Assembly: GCA_963813155.1 (NCBI GenBank)
Contig: CAWEYG010000001.1
Location: 672,001 to 736,000 of the forward strand
DNA from: an uncultured Acidobacteriota bacterium
GTDB lineage: Bacteria; Acidobacteriota; Thermoanaerobaculia; UBA5066; DATFVB01
Length of the DNA stretch: 64,000 nt
Reading direction: 5' to 3'
In this document: positions 60,701-64,000 of the stretch, piece after piece
Numbering within the stretch: position 1 is the first letter of the stretch
How the letters are laid out: each line of letters starts with the position of its first letter
Notes under the pieces: generated by a model
Database searches by the model: none
Seen by the model: the letters and a program-made list of their open reading frames with translations, nothing else
Told to the model about the DNA's origin: nothing
Position numbers and translations under genes: made by a program

Positions 60701-61524
60701 ATCGCGCGGCGGCGCAGAAGCGCCCGGCCCCATCGCGGCCCCCGGCGCATGCCGACGACCCGGATATCTTCGATCCAGCCGAAAATTCGCCGGGCGGCGG
60801 GCCAGCGAAGATCCCGGAGCGCAAGGCCCGCCCGAAGCTCTTCCTCCCAACGGGACCGGAGCCCGAGGAGCGTCTCTTCCGGCTCCGTCCGGAACGCATA
60901 AGAAGGGAAACGAACGACGGTCTGCTGTCGCAGGAAGGAGATCCTCGCTCCGGCTCGGCGGCACCGCAGCCAGAGGTCGATGTCTCCGTGGATACGAAGC
61001 CCGTCGCGCCAGCCCCCCACGCGAATGTAGGCGCTCCGCGTGTGGAGCACTTGAGTCGGAGAAACGCAGGCGAGAACCCATCGCGGCGGAGCCTCTCCGC
61101 CGCGCGCCACGTCGAACGGCAGATAGTGCGGCCGCGGACGGCCGTCGGCCCAGACGAGAACCGGGCGGGAAAAGACGAGATCGGCCCCGCGGCGGTCGAG
61201 CTCTCCGACGAGGCTGTCGAGATGGTCGGGCGCCCAGAGGTCGTCGGGGGACAGGTAGGCGATGAGCTTTCCCCTCGAGCCGGCGACCGCGCGCGCGCGA
61301 TTGGAGTACCCGTATCCCGGCGCTTTCGGAAACCCTTCCCATCGGACCCGGGGATCGCCCGTCGAAAGAGCGGCTTGCTCGACCGGTTCGGCCGCGCCGT
61401 CTCCCACGACGACGACTTCGAAATTCTCGAAGGTCTGGCGAAGGATCGAGCGGAGCGCCGCGGGCAGGAGCTCCGCGCCGGAATGCACGGGAACGATGAC
61501 CGAAACTCTCGCCGGCAGAGGCAT
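60634..61524 (-). CDS. GT2 family glycosyltransferase
   Basis: [30 protein letters not shown]; 3' end overlaps the dut end, so the terminus is uncertain. Confidence 0.78.
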   Translation of the reverse strand: MPLPARVSVIVPVHSGAELLPAALRSILRQTFENFEVVVVGDGAAEPVEQAALSTGDPRVRWEGFPKAPGYGYSNRARAVAGSRGKLIAYLSPDDLWAPDHLDSLVGELDRRGADLVFSRPVLVWADGRPRPHYLPFDVARGGEAPPRWVLACVSPTQVLHTRSAYIRVGGWRDGLRIHGDIDLWLRCRRAGARISFLRQQTVVRFPSYAFRTEPEETLLGLRSRWEEELRAGLALRDLRWPAARRIFGWIEDIRVVGMRRGPRWGRALLRRRAIQRPVDPNPPGPRAESDSSSTF

Positions 61525-61586
61525 CGGCGGGAGCATACGACGCCGGTCTGGTAAAATCCCCGGGTGCGGCTTCCCGAAAAGCGACG

Positions 61587-62357
61587 ATGAGGATCTCGGT
61601 GCTCGGCTCCGGATCGGGTGGCAACGCGACGGTCCTGTCCTCCGGAAAAACGGCCGTGCTCGTCGACGCCGGGTTCGGCCCGAAATCGCTCGCGAAAAAG
61701 TGCCTGCTCGCGGGCGTCGAGCCCTCCTCTCTGTCGGCGCTCTTCATCACGCACGAGCACAGCGACCACCGAATCGGCGCCCTGGATTTCGCCGAAGCGT
61801 ACGGCATCCCGATCTTCTGCTCCCGCGGGACCGCGGAAGCGCTCGGCCTCGACGGATCGCTCTTCGCCCACTACGTGAGCGTGTCGGGAGGGCGCGAAGG
61901 GCGGGTCGGGGACCTCTCCTTCCGGGCGTTCGCGACCCCCCACGACGCGAACGAGTCGCTCGCGTTCCGGTTCGAAGACGGGTCGTCCTCGTGCGCCGTG
62001 GCGACGGACCTCGGGCACTGCGACGACGAATTCGTGGAGTTCCTGCGCGGGGCGCAGGCGCTTCTGTTCGAATTCAATCACGACGAAGACCTGCTTCGGG
62101 ACGGGCCGTACCACTGGAATCTCAAGAAGCGGATCACCGGGGGCCTCGGCCATCTCTCCAACCGGCAGTCCGCCGAGGCGCTCGCCCGCGCGTCGGGACC
62201 GGCGCTCCGGCAGGTCGTCGCGCTCCACCTTTCCCGGCAGAACAACGACCCGGCGCTCGTTCTCGCGCTGCTCTCGGAAACGCTCGAAAAGTCGGAAAGC
62301 GGCGCGAACTTCGGCTGCGCCGACCAGACCCGCGGTTATGAAACAATCGACATCTGA
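61587..62357 (+). CDS. MBL-fold metallo-hydrolase (YycJ/WalJ-like)
   Basis: LGSGSGGNA, THEHSDH, TPHDA, TDLG, EFNHD, GHLSN, HLSRQNN. Confidence 0.9.
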   Translation: MRISVLGSGSGGNATVLSSGKTAVLVDAGFGPKSLAKKCLLAGVEPSSLSALFITHEHSDHRIGALDFAEAYGIPIFCSRGTAEALGLDGSLFAHYVSVSGGREGRVGDLSFRAFATPHDANESLAFRFEDGSSSCAVATDLGHCDDEFVEFLRGAQALLFEFNHDEDLLRDGPYHWNLKKRITGGLGHLSNRQSAEALARASGPALRQVVALHLSRQNNDPALVLALLSETLEKSESGANFGCADQTRGYETIDI

Positions 62358-62363
62358 GGTCCG

Positions 62364-62603
62364 ATGAAAGTCGAAGTCCGAGTTTATCCGAAAGAATCCG
62401 TTCTCGACCCCCAGGGCAAAGCGATCGCGAGCGCGCTCCAGCGGCTCGGCCATTCCGTGTCGGACGTTCGGGCCGGAAAGATCTTCTTCGTCGATTTCGA
62501 CACTCCGGACCGGCAGACGGCGGAAGCGGAAGCGCGCAAAATGGCCGAAGAGCTCCTCGCCAACACGGTCATCGAGGGTTACGACGTCGTGGTGCGGGGA
62601 TGA
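62364..62603 (+). CDS. purS: FGAM synthase subunit PurS
   Basis: VLDPQG, VRAGK, LLANTVIE. Confidence 0.95.
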   Translation: MKVEVRVYPKESVLDPQGKAIASALQRLGHSVSDVRAGKIFFVDFDTPDRQTAEAEARKMAEELLANTVIEGYDVVVRG

Positions 62604-62625
62604 CGACCCGAATGGGGAGCAGCGC

Positions 62626-63345
62626 ATGAAGTTCTCGATCGTCGTCTTCCCCGGAAGCAACTGCGAGCACGATTGCTACCACATCGCGCGAAACCTCCTC
62701 GGCCTCGAGGCGGAATACGTCTGGCACCAGGAGACGACGCTCGGCGACACCGACGCCGTGATTCTTCCGGGAGGATTCGCCTACGGCGACTACCTGCGCT
62801 CCGGCGCGATGGCCCGCTTCTCGCCGGTCATGAACGCGGTCGCGGAGTTCGCCGCAAAGGGCGGCCCGGTCGTCGGGATCTGCAACGGTTTTCAGGTCCT
62901 CTGCGAGGCGCGCCTTCTTCCCGGCGCTCTGCGCGTCAACAAGACGCTGCGCTACCTGTGCCAGGACGTGTTTCTCCGCTGCGAGAACAACGAGAACCCC
63001 TGGACGAACCTCTACGAGAAGGGGCAGATCACGCGGATGCCGATCGGGCACGGCGAGGGCAACTACACCGCGTCGCCCGACGAGCTCCGGAGGCTGGAAA
63101 GGGACGGCCGGGTCGTCTTTCGCTACTGCGAGCCGGGCGGCGAGCTGAGCGAGGATTCCAATCCCAACGGCTCCGACGCCTCGATTGCCGGCATCTGCAA
63201 CGAGGCGGGAAACGTCGTCGGCCTCATGCCCCACCCCGACCGGTGCTCCGAGAAGATCCTGACCAACGACGCAGGAATCCTGCTTTTCGAATCGTGCGCC
63301 GAGTGGGTGCGGTCCGGAAAGACCACTCTGGCGGCGGCCCGCTGA
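62626..63345 (+). CDS. purQ: FGAM synthase subunit PurQ
   Basis: [29 protein letters not shown]. Confidence 0.96.
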   Translation: MKFSIVVFPGSNCEHDCYHIARNLLGLEAEYVWHQETTLGDTDAVILPGGFAYGDYLRSGAMARFSPVMNAVAEFAAKGGPVVGICNGFQVLCEARLLPGALRVNKTLRYLCQDVFLRCENNENPWTNLYEKGQITRMPIGHGEGNYTASPDELRRLERDGRVVFRYCEPGGELSEDSNPNGSDASIAGICNEAGNVVGLMPHPDRCSEKILTNDAGILLFESCAEWVRSGKTTLAAAR

Positions 63346-63349
63346 CCTG

Positions 63350-64000
63350 ATGACCGCGATCACTCCCGCTCTCGTCACCGAGCACCAGCTCTCGGAGGAC
63401 GAGTACAGGAACATCCTCGACATCCTCGGCCGGGAGCCCTCGATCACCGAGCTCGGGATCTTCTCGGCGATGTGGTCGGAGCACTGCTCGTACAAGTCGT
63501 CGAAACGGTACCTGCGGACGTTCCCCACGACGGGGCCGCTCGTCGTCCAGGGGCCGGGCGAGAACGCGGGCGTCGTCGACCTCGGCGACGGCCTTTGCGC
63601 CGCGTTCAAGATGGAATCGCACAACCACCCTTCGTTCATCGAACCGTACCAGGGCGCGGCGACGGGAGTCGGCGGAATCCTGAGGGACGTTTTCACGATG
63701 GGAGCGCGCCCGGTCGCCTCGCTCAACTCCCTGAGATTCGGCGACCTGGACGCGCCGCGCATGCGGCACCTCGTGGACGGCGTCGTCCGCGGCATCGCCG
63801 GCTACGGAAACTGCATCGGCATTCCCACGCTCGGCGGCGAGACGACGTTTCACAAGGCGTACAACGGAAACATCCTCGTCAACGTCTTCAACGTGGGCCT
63901 CGTGAAAAAGGACAAGATCTTCAAGGGCACGGCCGCGGGCCCGGGCAACGCGGTGGTCTACGTCGGCTCCAGGACGGGCCGCGACGGCATCCACGGGGCC
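63350..64000 (+). CDS. purL: FGAM synthase subunit PurL (runs off the window end)
   Basis: [34 protein letters not shown]-like [20 protein letters not shown]. Confidence 0.95.
   Translation, partial: MTAITPALVTEHQLSEDEYRNILDILGREPSITELGIFSAMWSEHCSYKSSKRYLRTFPTTGPLVVQGPGENAGVVDLGDGLCAAFKMESHNHPSFIEPYQGAATGVGGILRDVFTMGARPVASLNSLRFGDLDAPRMRHLVDGVVRGIAGYGNCIGIPTLGGETTFHKAYNGNILVNVFNVGLVKKDKIFKGTAAGPGNAVVYVGSRTGRDGIHGA

Overview
High-GC bacterial chromosomal window, about 62 genes. Gene content (lipid A/LPS-core genes, pilBTCSR, and a second secretin-containing type IV filament/T2SS-like cluster behind an ECF sigma factor) suggests a diderm, probably Acidobacteriota (inference). Left to right: (1) a phosphate/polyphosphate region (CHAD, phoU, ppx, ppk1, Pho-box-like repeats) interleaved with a GH1-PHP-HpnI-like glycosyltransferase trio and a histidinol phosphatase; (2) a dlt-like MBOAT acylation system (GT2, 47-aa DltX-like peptide ending FIYQAF, MBOAT, carrier protein, fatty acyl-AMP ligase, SGNH/DltD-like protein, SDR) split by a secreted vanadium haloperoxidase-like gene and a fatty acid desaturase, which is the best candidate for an undescribed system; (3) housekeeping rplU-rpmA-obgE-nadD-rsfS-rlmH-dksA-holA; (4) Rieske plus cytochrome b/c fusion; (5) a decayed SauUSI-like PLD-helicase-DUF3427 gene; (6) pilB-pilT-pilC-pilS-pilR; (7) LPS genes; (8) ECF sigma/anti-sigma/mini-secretin plus T2SS-like operon; (9) M16 peptidase, dut, purS-purQ-purL. 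Other signals: palindromic repeats apparently inserted in frame in two genes, many apparently leaderless genes, and scattered 1-2 bp frameshifts that look like sequencing error. No rRNA, tRNA, CRISPR array or transposase was recognised. All calls come from reading motifs by eye, not from database searches.
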